Positions 26,750 through 40,071 of a stretch of 64,000 nucleotides of DNA are shown one piece after another. Position numbers and translations under genes: made by a program. Position 1 is the stretch's first letter, and each line of letters starts with the position of its first letter. Location of the stretch: contig NC_043008.1 of assembly GCF_006345805.1 (NCBI RefSeq), forward strand, positions 46,996,001 through 47,060,000. The letters run 5' to 3'. This DNA comes from Octopus sinensis. Taxonomy: Eukaryota. The notes beneath the pieces are model-generated. The model was not told where the DNA came from, did not search any database, and worked only from the letters and a program-made list of their open reading frames with translations.

Positions 26750-27065
26750 GGCAAAGAGGGCTGGCGTGGTGGTTAGTGTATCGGGCACTCGATTGTGAGG
26801 AAGTGAGTTCGATTCCCGGCAGTGCATTGCATCCTTGAGTAAAACCCTTTACTTTGCATTCTTCCAATCCATTCAGCTAGCAAAAATGAGTTCACCTGTA
26901 ATTCAAAGATCCAGCCTTATCACATCCGGTATCATGCTGAATTTCCCCGAGAAACACGTTAACGGTAAGCCTTTCTGTGGAGTACTCAACTATTTGCATG
27001 TTAATTTCACGAGCAGGATGTTCCGTAGAGCGGATCAACTTGAAGTCGTAACAGGGGGAGTGCCT
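26750..27065 (+). mobile_element. tRNA-derived SINE family 4
   Basis: A-box TGGCGTGGTGG, B-box GAGTTCGATTCC, CORE-like CATCCTTGAGTAA, ~310 bp. Confidence 0.7.
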
Positions 27066-27368
27066 GCTAGCTAGTTGCATGTAGGTATGTCACAAGAGTA
27101 GACTTCATGCTAAAGGAAATATATTCAGAAGTTCTCTCATCCAATGTGACTGGGATTTCATTAATACGTCAACATGGAATCTGCTTATGTAATTTCGTAC
27201 AATTCCACTGGTAATGCCTCAGGGAGGAGCCGTGTCACTCGACTAGTCTTTGGACTGACCTTATGACTGTTCATATTCTTTCATCTAACAATATACTTAC
27301 AGTATCGTATTTCAGTGGAAAGTTGCCGGTACTTGTTAAGTACTTGCTAGTGTTGGTATTGTCTGTGC

Positions 27369-27597
27369 GGCGAGCTGGCAAAAACGTTAGCAGGCTTGGG
27401 CGAAATGCGTATCAGTATTTCGTCTGCCGTTACGTTCTGAGTTCAAATTACGCCGAGGTTAACTTTGCCTTTCATCCGTTCGGGGGCGATTAAATAAGTA
27501 CTAGTTTCACACTAGGGTCGATACAATCGGCTTAATCCGTTTGGCTGTCCTTGTTTGTCCTCTCTGTGTTTAGCTCCTTGTGGGTAGTAAAGAAATA
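27369..27597 (+). mobile_element. Full-length SINE family 1 copy with Tx1-like tail (type A) and degenerate 14-bp TSD
   Basis: Head GGCGAGCTGGCA, B-box CTGAGTTCAAAT, central CTTTGCCTTTCATCC; flanks GGTATTGTCTGTGC (27355-27368) and GGTAGTGCCTGTGC (27598-27611), 12/14 identical. Confidence 0.88.
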
Positions 27598-28391
27598 GGT
27601 AGTGCCTGTGCGTATGTATGTATGTTATGTATGTATTTATATATGTATGAATGTATGTTATGTATATATTTGCATGTCTGTGTGTGTTCGTGCATGTACG
27701 TACGTATGAATGTATGTATGTATGTATGTATGTATGTATGTATGTATGTACGTACGTACGTATGTATGTATGTATAAAGGAATGAAAAAATTATTAATAA
27801 ATTGATAAAATCATAATCTATTGTTTTGCAATAAAAATGATGAAAACATTTAATTTCTGCACGATTAAGCTGAGGGTCAATCGTGAAAAGTAAAAAGGTA
27901 AAACAGTGGAAAATAAATAATACAGAGTCTTATATGTGCGTTAAGCGTTAATAATAATAGCGAATTGATCTCTCAGAAAATTGTAGTGATTAATCTAAAG
28001 ATAAATGTAAAATTCTAATGACTAAAAGAAGTAGGTTCGCCATTTTGAAGTTGAAAGGGAAAACTGTATTTCTATATTGCAATCAATCTAAACGTGACAT
28101 TATTTCAGTCTTAACATGCGTAAAACAATGAATTCAAGCGAAACGATTACATCGTAGTCAAAAGGAATGCAAAACCGTCAGGAAATTATGTACACAAACC
28201 GATAAAATGGAAACGACTGGATAATTATAATACGTACCACAACATAATTCAGTCCTTGTTAAGAGCCATTGTTTTAATTTTAAATTATTTAGAATTTAGA
28301 CCCCAAACAACGCCTCAGTAGAGTGTAAGGAATAACATTAACTTTCAGACGTGGAAGTCCTTTCACACTAAAGCACAATCATCAGACCACA

Positions 28392-28423
<32 letters not shown>

Positions 28424-28427
<4 letters not shown>

Positions 28428-28840
28428 GCGTCATTCACCCTGGGCGAGTTGAGTCGGCTTCTTCCACCACCCTCGAGGCATTCTATTCGCCATTGACAAT
28501 TCATGGAAGAAGTTTCGTGGGAATATGTGGATTTCACAAGCGATCCCCAAAAATCCCGCATGTAGAGACATCCTGTTTGCCGCAGATTGTTCGTAGACGC
28601 ATGGGCAGAATGACCGAGGAGCCGCCAGTTGCCGAAGCAGACACTCAGAGGAGTGTCTGCTTTGCGTCCCCAAAGTCCATCCCTCCCTCACCGTGGTGGG
28701 GACGCTGGCAACGGGTAGTATCAGGGCTATGCCGTCGGGAACTTCGGTTCCTGGTAGGGCCACCCAAGGCGGATTGGTTTGACACCGAGTGGTATTAGGG
28801 CCACAACCCGGCAGACAGGGCTCTGGTGAAAATCCCCGGA

Positions 28841-28846
<6 letters not shown>
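28424..28846. mobile_element. Probable solo LTR inserted in (TA)n
   Basis: 423-bp GC-rich island with sharp edges between two TA runs; starts TGTGGCG and ends GAGTGATA (TG..CA with one substitution); no recognisable protein. Confidence 0.5.
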
Positions 28847-28872
<26 letters not shown>

Positions 28873-28877
<5 letters not shown>

Positions 28878-29079
28878 TCTAAACATGAAAACACAAAGAG
28901 AAAACACAACAACGCGAGGACGTGGAACACGTATAGTGTTATTGGACGCTCAGGAAAGGAAAGAAAGAAGGAGGAGTTAACGTTTCGAGCGGAGCTCTTC
29001 GTCAGAAAAATAGGAAAAGCAAAGATCCAAGGAAGGGAAGATGGAGGAAAAAAGTCGTCAACGGTACACACGCGGTCAC

Positions 29080-29080
<1 letters not shown>
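28873..29080 (-). mobile_element. Penelope-like terminal (pseudo-LTR) fragment with hammerhead motif
   Basis: Pyrimidine-rich sense strand containing CTGACGA-A-GAGC-TCC-GCTC-GAAAC-GTT. Confidence 0.65.
28979..29005 (-). ncRNA. Minimal hammerhead ribozyme core
   Basis: Canonical CUGANGA and GAAA, 4-bp stem II, palindromic AACGUU helix III; stem I is only ~2 bp here. Confidence 0.6.
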
Positions 29081-29403
<323 letters not shown>

Positions 29404-29409
29404 CAATTT

Positions 29410-29548
29410 CCCTGTACCAAATTCACTCACAAGGCTTTGGTTGGCCCGAGGCTATAGTAGAAAACACTTGCCTGAAATGCCACGAAGTGGGACTGAACCC
29501 GGAAACATGCGGTTGATAAGCAAGCTAATTACCACGGAGCCATTCCTG
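29410..29548 (-). mobile_element. SINE family 2 copy
   Basis: CACTCACAAGGCTTTGGTTGGCCCGAGGCTATAGTAGAA is the reverse complement of the 17.7-kb copy. Confidence 0.8.
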
Positions 29549-31929
29549 TGCCTATATATGTGCATCCACCGTGTATATACAGTTTTCGAGGAATTATCGC
29601 TTCCATATGTTAGTCTATTTTGTAAATGATTAAGGAATTTATACTCCATTATAATAACAAACGCGAAAGTTCTACTGCAAGTTTATCAGCGTAGCCACCA
29701 TCTTCGAAGAAATATTAAACTGACTACATACAGAACACCCAGAACACTATCATATAGAATTTATCAAAGATAAACCTATTATTATTTTTTAATTTTTTTT
29801 TGTAATATATGTTGTTTATCACTGACTAGCTTATCGATTGTGTGTTTTATCTTTTAGGCAAGCGTTGTTTTTTGCTTTTCTTATTTTGTTTGTTCCTATA
29901 TTTTAATGTTTTTAATGTTTGTTCCTATATACGAGACATCAGGTTGTGTATGGGTGTGACGAAAGGATATGTGTTTTACGCAACATGTTGACAAGAGTGT
30001 GTAACGTTTATAGACGTGACACGTTTATATACGTCAGTCACAACAAATGAATAAAGCATACATATGTTATTTAAAGAAAGTGTATGCGATCATTTGTTCA
30101 GCAAAGCATTAAGATTCGTTGGTTTCTATAATGTTATGAGGTAATATAAAGGGAAAATGTCGTCGATAACAGATTGACTCAACGTAAGTATGATATTAAT
30201 ACAACATTAGATGTCTGCCAACGCGTGTTCAGAGCTACTCCTGACCAGGAACAAAAATCATATAATTTACCTACTCCTTTGAGATACATAATGAGTATAC
30301 TCATGGAGTATTTTCGGATGCTTCTCATCAAAGTAGGCCAAATGATTACAAGACGTGGATGTGATTTTAACTAACATTCTACTTTTCCTCACTTCTTAAG
30401 AGGGAGAGAATCAAGCTGTGGCAATACGGGAACAGTTGACATCATGCTAAGCTTAAATAATAATTGCAGTAATAGCTGAGGCCTAACAAGTCATCGAATT
30501 TTTGATTCCCTGCAGAATATTTGTTGTTTAATATATCTTCGAATTTACAGGAGAAATTTAGAAAGAACAAGCAAAAGAGAACCTTCATATTTAAAAGATA
30601 ATTAAGTGGAGTTCGAAAACTTCGGAAGGGAAACAGATGAATGTGGTTTCTTAATGAATTTTGTAATAATGATTAACGGTTTCATTTTGTTGGCTTCATA
30701 TATTTCAATTAATGATATTAACGATGTCTGGATATTTAAATAGATGAGCCAGAAGTTTGAAAAAAAAAAGTGACATAAAAATTTGATAAATGTAAAATGA
30801 TTCAAAATGTTATGTTTTTCTCGTGACGGGAGTAGAGTCTGCAAACTCTGGTTGTCGTTGGGGAGAACTACATCAGGGTAATGAGATGATTGCACTAGCA
30901 GGAGGCAATTTACCACGTGCCTGTTGCTTGTTTACGAAGTTTAGTAGAATATGGGTAGCCACTGGGGTAAACATACATATACTGTGTCGTAATAATTGAT
31001 TGTGATCTTGTGTACGGAGTGTGCAGTTCACTATTGATATATGTAAACATGATATAAGGAAGCACTGCCCCAGCATGGCCGCAGCCCTAGGGTTGAAACA
31101 TACAAAGGAATGAAAAAATAATAAAATAAAGTTTCAGTTGCAAATTAAAGTCATCTGAAATCAAAGTTGAATAAAAAAACTAAAAAAAAAAAAAACGAGG
31201 CAAAATGAATTTTTAAAAAATAATCTCGGAGAAGTAAAATAGTTTAAGAGAAAAGCGTTTTGAGTTTTACTTTGTTTTTGAATGAGAATCGATTTCATGA
31301 GTTGAGTTTGGGTTATAATTCAACGGAAAAGAATGAATGAAGTTAGGTTCCGAGTAACTTCAGAGACAATTAGATTTATATAAAGCAAATAACAAAAAAA
31401 GTAAATGCAAGTATTCTACACTTGCATTTACTTTTTGTGTATGTAGAGATTTTGCATCAGGTTTTCGCTGTGGAGGTGAAAATCTTCATTTCTAGTCGAG
31501 ACTATATCGACCTATGGAGTACTGGGTCACATGTTCACTGACGAATGAAAACACCAAAGTAAACAAACCGTCTTGACGTGAAAATTATTTATTGTAGCAA
31601 AGGTTAGATTTTTTTGTTTTAAGAAAGACTGTCCATTGTCTTAAACTCACGGAGTGATGGCTTATCACGCGTCGAAGGTGTAGTACAAGTAATAATTAAA
31701 CATTAATTTCTTTCTTGTTTGAAAGAAGCATCGAAATCAAGGTTTGAAAACATCATTTAATTAGAATACGAAGATCTCATTTGCAGCAAGATTATATTAA
31801 TTCAGTTTGAGGTTAGTTTTAAAAATATGCAGAGTGTGTTAAAGGAAATGTGTTCAACAAAATACTCGAATGTTCGGATTACGTGAGATGACAGCTCCTT
31901 ACATACATGCAAACATACACACAAACACA

Positions 31930-31974
<45 letters not shown>

Positions 31975-31977
31975 TAT

Positions 31978-32110
31978 ATACGACGGGTGGCTTTCAATTT
32001 CCGTCTGCCAAATCCTAGGCTATAATAAAAGACACTTACCCAAAGTGCCACACAGAGGGACTGAACCAGGAAATATGTTGTTGGAAAGCTAGATTCTTAC
32101 CACCCAGCCA
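31978..32110 (-). mobile_element. SINE family 2 copy (internal deletion)
   Basis: TATACGACGGG..TTTCCGTCTGCCAAATC..GGCTATA..GACACTTACCCAA..GGGACTGAACC. Confidence 0.7.
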
Positions 32111-32135
32111 GACATACGAGCACATGCATATAGAT

Positions 32136-32168
<33 letters not shown>

Positions 32169-32472
32169 GACACACACACATACGCATCAGACAAAAACAT
32201 CCATATATGTTCTCCCAGGCAAGCACGCATGTACACTCCTTCATACATAAATACATTTACGTGTGTATGCCTCTTTTTTTCCTCTCCCCATGCTACCACA
32301 CCTGACTCCATTCTGTAATCTAAACATGAATGAGACGGATTTCTGTTAGAAGCCCGCGAAACATTAACTGTCATGAAGTCGAATCAAACCCTTTTAAATA
32401 ATATATATATATATATCAATATATATTCATATATATATCATTATATATACATACACATACACACATATATAT

Positions 32473-32600
32473 ATATATAATTATAACAATAAGGGTTATT
32501 TGCAACAAGTTGCTTAACCACATACGGAACATTTTCTAGAATTTCCGGTATGTGGTTAAGTAACTTGTTGCAAATAACCCTTATTGTTATAATTATATAT
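32473..32600. repeat. ~56-bp inverted repeat (foldback/MITE-like) in TA context
   Basis: ATAATTATAACAATAAGGGTTATTTGCAACAAGTTGCTTAACCACATAC..14-nt spacer..GTATGTGGTTAAGTAACTTGTTGCAAATAACCCTTATTGTTATAATTAT. Confidence 0.9.
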
Positions 32601-32723
32601 AATTATATAAGTTTTTACCGAATATGGTCCTTTTCCATACCGAAATACTACTAGGTGAAATTTGTTGATTTTATTAAATTAATTATATTTCACCCTATAT
32701 CTATAATGAATATATATAAATAT

Positions 32724-32762
<39 letters not shown>

Positions 32763-33598
32763 ATTCTACAGAGAGTACATCGCTATGGGTACACATATGC
32801 ACGCAGCGACTTAGAAAATTTGTTATGAAGTGACCACTGGATCAATGAAATCGGCCTTTATTCCACTTTAAATAGTTGCATTTGTTTCATTATCTCTCCT
32901 GCAGAGTACCCCATTATAAATTTATTTGTGACGACGTCTTGCGTGCAGATGGTAAACGAGAAGAACAATCAACCCGCACAGAAAGCCTAACGCTGAACGA
33001 AACTAAAAGCGATCCGGGGTATATTTTAATCTGATTACGTTTTATACTCTAAATGATTTGTATGTAAACATATTTATCTATTTCGGATAGTCTTGTATTT
33101 GTATTAGTATATTTCGGAAGCTATGTTATCGTATAATGTATAATTATCGTAAATAACCGTGGCTTTATAATATTAGATTGCTGACAGGGAACTGCTCATC
33201 TTCACTTCATCGCATTGAAGACTACGAAGATAATTTCTGAAATATCCCACTGAACCTGTCTCTCTGATAGATTTCAGTAGAATGGCAGATAAGATTTAAA
33301 CAGAGCTAACAATGTAAAGCCAACCGTAGCCGGGAGAATTCGATAAATTATTTCAAATAATTTCATTTCGGGCTAGAAGAGATTCGTCGGATAAATGGTT
33401 GAAATAGATTATCTGAACACCTTATAACGTCCCAATGGTAAGCCAATCCACTAATTCATCTCGCTTTATCTAATAATCTTCCTAACCTATTCTGCTCCAA
33501 TAACCTACAACGTCCCTCTTTACCAACTTCTCTCCCAATCTTTCTCTCTATATATACATGTGTACGTATACATATCTCTCTCTCTACACACAGACACG

Positions 33599-33653
<55 letters not shown>

Positions 33654-33914
33654 CGAGAGAGAAATACAACTAGCGGGAGAAATATGGACAAATTTGGAAA
33701 AGAAGAAGTGAAGACGACAAGAAGTAAAGGAAAAGTTTACACCATTATGAATCGCGTGAAAAACCATTTCCTTCTTACCTTTGTAAGTGTTTGTGGTGCA
33801 CAATATTTCGATTTCCACAGGTGAACCATATTTCTGATTTCTCACTCAATACGCTAATCTTTTTCTTTACTTGTTCTTTCTTCTCAATGTTCATCTGGTG
33901 AAAAACATTTATGC

Positions 33915-34133
33915 TTATTCTTTTCTACTCTAAGCACAAGGCCCGAAACTTATGGGGAGAAGGCCGTTCGATTAGATCAACCCGAGTACGCAACTGGTAC
34001 TTATTTTATCGACCCCGAAAGGATGAAAAGCAAAGTCGACCTCGGCGGAATTTGAACTTGGAACGTAAAGGCAGACGAAATACGGCTACGCAATTCGCCC
34101 GACATGCTAACGTTTCTGCCAGCTCGCCGCCTT
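33915..34133 (-). mobile_element. Well-preserved SINE family 1 copy, tail type B
   Basis: TTTATCGACCCCGAAAGGATGAAAAGCAAAGTCGACCTCGGCGGAATTTGAAC..GCTAACGTTTCTGCCAGCTCGCCGCC. Confidence 0.9.
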
Positions 34134-35930
34134 GTCAATTAAGCTTATTAGAGTAGCATTTCCTTCCAAAAACATTTTGACTTTATTTACCTTTCTGCAT
34201 GGTCCCAGTAGAATAATAAAACTCGAGTTTGCTGAGAGGGTGTCAATCTAAACATACAGAGATAGTCAGCTACCTCCAAATTGCCGAAAAACATAAAATG
34301 TTACTTCAATTATTTTTTTCTGTAGAGAAATCTTAAATACATTTGTTTATGTCATCAGTTTTATCAGAGATTTTTCTTTTTATGTCTTATTTCGGTACCT
34401 TCAAATAGTGTTCGAACACCGAGTAGTTTGCAATTATATATAAATTAGTTTTATTTATTTAACGGTTTAATTCTTGAAAATGTCATTGTCACATATATAA
34501 TGTCCCTATATTTCTAAGGCTTTGAACTATTCACCTTCCCAAATAATATAATATTGTAGTTCGACATAAATTTAATCGTCTTCCTATGCTTTCTTTACTG
34601 CTGGGCTTTATATAAAACAACACGTGACCATTTTCTATTTATTAATCGATCAAAAGGTGTGCTGCTGTTTTGACATCTGATGAAGTGAATTATCAATGAA
34701 CAAATAACTGTCACAAGGGACTCTAAAATAATAAGATATCCCCCTTCTTTAATATGCTAAATCGGAAACTTGATATCGCGGCTATATTTCAACAGTTCGC
34801 TTTATGACATAGTTCTGAACAATTTATAATTCATTCCTAAACATTCTCAGTGAGATATAATTAACTCAGGTTTGTGAAATTTTCGTTGACATCGAGAGGT
34901 TTGTTCTCACATCGAAACTACTGCTACTACACATAAAATAATTTTGGACTCCATCCAGAAAAGAACCACTTGAATGATTAGAATAGGGTCACTAGCAGAG
35001 ACAGTTCAGCATCTGATACATAGGTGAGATGCTTCCTCTCTCAACCTCTTCTACCTCTAATATAGTAGCCTCAGGCCCTCGGAGGTAAGGCAAACACCAC
35101 AACAAGAATTTCTCTCCTAATCGTCTCTTTTGCTGTCATCGCTCCCGTGAACAAACCCCTGGCTCTGGTCTCATTACTACACCCAATTCTTTTTCTAATA
35201 AAATAAGTATATTACAGAAGAAATACTCTGTAGCAGTAATTATATCAGCTCGATAAGATGAAAGATTCACATATATTTGTCTACGGCATTAATATTAGTG
35301 TTAAACTATGGGAATACATAAGTTTTATTGAGGAAAATACATTGATGTATTTCTTTTCTAATGATTGCAAAAACTTATCTATGCACAAATTTCACCGTTA
35401 GGAGAGGCGAGTATTGTGTGTGTGTGCGTGTGTGTGTGTGTGTGTGTGTCTGTGTGTGTGTTTGTGCGTGACTTGGTCAGAAGAACAGCTGCGACACCAA
35501 TGGCTGTATTTAGACCATCCGGAACTGAAGGGTAGAAGTTGTTTTAAACCTAAGAAATAGTCTGATATAAATGTTTTGTAACAACAATAACGCGAACGAT
35601 ATCCCTGGCCTATAGCTATGATGCTTAAACTCAGCTACTAAATATGTCAAATACTAAATTATATTTCATCCTTTTGAAAAATTTATATTTCAATAAAATG
35701 ATGGGAAGAGATACATCATAAATAGCAGCTGAATAAACAGCTCTAAGATCGGTGGTTGGCAAAGTAGCATTTGCACTCCGTTTTCAAAGCAGCCAATTAA
35801 ATTTCCAAACAGAAGAATAATTCAGCAGTTGCTTAAATTTGTATTTAAATATTGCAGAACCGGTTTATCCTCCAATTTATTGCGTTGAATAAACTGCGGA
35901 AATTGATTTGCTCCTCCATGTTATATGCAA

Positions 35931-35999
<69 letters not shown>

Positions 36000-36109
36000 C
36001 CTCTCTCCACTCCCTATCTCTCTGTTTCTTTCTAGCTTTAGCTCTTTTTTTCCCTGTTTCTCTCTGTCTCATTCTTTCTCTTTTCTACATCTCTCATACA
36101 GTATCTGTG

Positions 36110-36159
<50 letters not shown>

Positions 36160-36789
36160 CCATGCACAAATACACAATATTATAAAACTCAACATTTCCG
36201 GTGACAAAGTGTTTATCTCTAAGCAGTTATGATTTAATATTTTCTACATTGAAATATAAAACAATTATGCAATCCGATAGCAACAAAGGAATGGACAATC
36301 AAGTTTTATTGATGAACCCACATCTCTTCTGAAGTCAGGGATTCCATCGATCTATGACGACTGAAGCAGGTAAATTCAGGTAATTCCTGGTAAAGTTGAG
36401 ATTTCGTATAAGAAATGGTTTATTATATCCCAATATTTTTGGGGGGAGAAATATATAACTCTTTCATCTCTTTCTTTTTTTATGCGAGAATATATGTAGA
36501 GTATTAAATCTTTGTAACTCAGCAACGATCCTTTAGATACATTTCTTCTATTATACCTTCATTCGAAGCTAACATTGATACCTCAGCATAATAATGCCTT
36601 TTCGTCCTTAGGTCAGCACAGAATACAATAATAAAATGTAAATTAACGTGAAAGTAATATCATCTATTAAAAGCAAAGATCGTTTCAAATGCCTAGAAAC
36701 AAATATCAAATTTGTCATATCATACAGACTGGCAAGATGTTTCAATTACATTTATTCTGAATTGAGAAATTATTTGGCAAACTGAAAGT

Positions 36790-39010
36790 AAATGATGTCT
36801 ATGTAATCTGACACTGAGAAGTAACTAGCTGTCGACGCAACCGGGGTTCATCAAAACCCAGCTTCCAGCCCACAAGCGGTAAACCTCCTGGTCTGCCCTC
36901 ATTATCCAAACTCGCCGAATGGATTTCTCTGCAGCTTCAATGATGGACTTTATACTCCTCGTTTTTGCTGCACCAGAAACTTCAAGCCTTATCAGAAATT
37001 TGCAGGATGCGCCTCCACCACACCCCAACACACGCACAAACACACTTGCCGGCCCATTTTATGTTACTCGCAATATTCCTGCCTCGCCAAATTTATGCGT
37101 TTTCTACCATAAATTCTCGTCATGTTGCAAGCTTTCTCTCATGAGCGTTTTCTATTTGTTTTTCCCAAGGCCCAGTCAGTTCCCACACAATCACCTGTAT
37201 GTCGGAATTTGAGAAGATCATTATGTCTGGCCGTAATATTGTCGGTACGATTTCATCTGGGAACTTTAACCATTCCACGAGCTGCGCTGTCAACAGTTTG
37301 TCTTGGAGTGTGGAAAGGAAGCATCGTGATAGTTGAAGGGTCAGTGAATTAGATGTTTCTCCAGCTCTGTTAAAAGTGATGGATTCTTTCCTGGGGTGGT
37401 ATTTACTGGACTGAATGTCTGTTGGTATCACTTCCGCAACCACTGTGAGCACGTGGTCATACTTCCAGCACCATTGGCCATCGGTTAAGACTCTGCGGCT
37501 GCTGCTGGGAAGGTGTTGAAAAGACCCTTTCCTGCACGCAAGGCACAGGTAGTGCTTCATTCTTGCACCAAGTGTGAAGAATTGTTTGACTTGATAAATT
37601 GTCGCAGAAAGCCTGGCGCAGAGATCTGATAGCCTGGATGTGAGTCTACCAGATATCTGACCACGTAATTTTCCATTACTGGGCATTGTTCAGGTTCCTT
37701 AGTGGCTGAGCATCAGCATCTCATATCATCTGTGCGAACTTCTTTTTGAAGTAAATGTTGATCATATCCTTTTGCACTTCAAATCTGTTCGGTTGAGATG
37801 TAGCACAAATCTGATCTCCCTATCGTCACAGATCCTATAAAATCCTTCTGCCTCGACTGTTTCTCTGCCATCTTTAACTATCTTGCAGTTCTCCCACTTC
37901 CTACAACCATAAACGTAGGTTTTAGGCCCTGCTACTTTTGTGTCAGTGGAATCTCTGTGCTTCATTGTCTCACTCTTTCTGGATACTATGAAATCCTCTT
38001 GAAGACCACTGAGTGGGAGTCGGAAGGTGTTGGTCGACCCTACAGAAAGGTCCAGTGTTTCCATTGTCGCCCTGATTCATCTTATAGTGAACTAGCAGTA
38101 TGTCTTGGTTGTATATCCAGCATTTAAGCGACCGAGAAAGCCAGATCTCAAGGTGGTGCAAAGCTTTTCCATCGTTCTCCCTTTCTGTAGCACAGAAAAC
38201 TCCGGTTTCGATGGTTTGAATTTCATCTTTGCCAACGGAATGAGCTTGTCGGTTCGAGTCCTTGAAGCATCCGTCCGTCACCAAGAATATTTAATAGTTA
38301 TAGTTATCTCTGAAGGTATTTATTGTTGATTGTTGAGCCAGATTTCGCCTGGGCTTCCTGACACTCCACCTCAGCTGACTTAACGACTATGTTCACGGTG
38401 AAATAGGAAAGAGTTGCAGAGATTGTGCAGCCAGGTATAATATCGTTTTTGTAAATGTGACAGTCGGATGCTGTAGGTGCAGAAGTAATTCTCATCTGGA
38501 GGTTGCGATATTAATCCATATTGAAGTCGTAGATCTTCTTGAAGACGTGGTATCTTGGAAGGGACTCCTCTTATGTGCCATGCATCCGTAGGCATTTGTG
38601 AGTTTCGGCCAGAGCCAGTAGATCTCCCTTACCATTCTTCGCTTTCCTTAAGAGCTACGTGGCCACCTCTGCGTGTCAAGGCAACCACGAATTTCAGCAA
38701 TATCCCACCCCTTTTTTGTACCGATATGTCAAAATATTTGTTCTCTAGGAAGACCTCTGTTCGCCGATGGACCAAGGTACTGAAAACTATTTTGCCCTCC
38801 GTGTTTTGAGATGACCTGAAATTGTTGTCTTGTTGATTCACTTCGAATTCTCTTCTTTCCGGATCCAAACACACTCAGCATAAATCCACTGATTGAAAGC
38901 ACTTCCTATCCCCTAGATCACATTCAGAATCTTCCAGTAATTGGAGGGGTCTAAGACAACGTTTATAGACATTGTGCCCTACTCCACTGGGTCTCGTTAC
39001 CCCGTGACTG
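36790..39010 (-). pseudogene. Decayed RLE-type (HERO-like, R2/NeSL group) non-LTR retrotransposon: RT, zinc knuckle, restriction-like endonuclease and 3' end
   Basis: RT remnants EGKIVFS..YFDISVQK, DLANAY-like, GCTISA..NIVVKSAEVEC; CLAC..GSFQH knuckle; LRPDIMIFS..WELTGPWEKQIENAHERKL endonuclease; C-terminal SIIEAAEKS..W; many stops and frameshifts. Confidence 0.82.
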
Positions 39011-40039
39011 ATATATTTCAATGGTTGTGTGCAGGGGACTTCAGTATCCATGAGTGTGCTGTCCTATTGATAACTTTATTTGTAGTCAATTCCATATTCA
39101 GGCTAATTTACTTCTATTTTGAGGCATTATGTTAAAATCTGCTACTTTAATGGACTTTATATACTGACCTAAAATATATCAGCAAAAACCAAAAAAGCAG
39201 TGTTGTTTTTTTTCAATTAGAAACCTTAATATAAATAAAGAGATCCTCAACCATTTAAAGAAATCTCCCCGCATTTATCGCTGATTGTTGAGCCAGATTT
39301 CGCCTGGGATTCTTGACACTCCACCTCATCTTACTTTTTCTTTGATTTGGCATTCTGTAGAGAATCTACACAAGACATATTTTATTTTCTATACCGTTGT
39401 CTTTTGTGAGTTAAAACCATTTAGATATAGCGCTACCAATGGACCAATCTAAAAGAAATAAAACTTGTGTTTATATCAATAATCGGTGAATTTCAACCAC
39501 CCGAAGTTGTAATAAATATCGACTTGAGTTTGTATTAATCGACCATTAAAATCACAAAATACAGAGTTTAAAGTTGATATTAAAAAAAAGGACATCAAAT
39601 TCCTGTAAGAGAGGACCTTGTTTATTATAAAGGACATATGTGATTGTCTTGGCTACGGAAAATAATAAATTAACATAAATTAAACTGGACATTACTAAAC
39701 ATTTTAAGTAAAATGTTATCGAACATCTTCTTAACAGTTAAGAATTATGATTCCGCTGCTACACAAACCCGAGCAAAATCTCCTACGTCGATTCCATTGT
39801 GTCAACTTAGCGGCGAATCAAAAGTACAATAACGATTTTGAACCACGAGTAAAGTGAGTACGAGTAATGTTTGTTTGGTTTTGGCTGGAGATGAAATCGA
39901 TGATTGGATTTTTACCTGTTTTTGTTGTCATGCATTTTTGTGCTTTTTTTTTTTGGTTTCGATTATTTTCGAATAAGGATGGACGGAACGTGACGATCGT
40001 TATATTTTTATTTGCGTTGTGTTATACGTTTGGTTTCCA

Positions 40040-40071
<32 letters not shown>

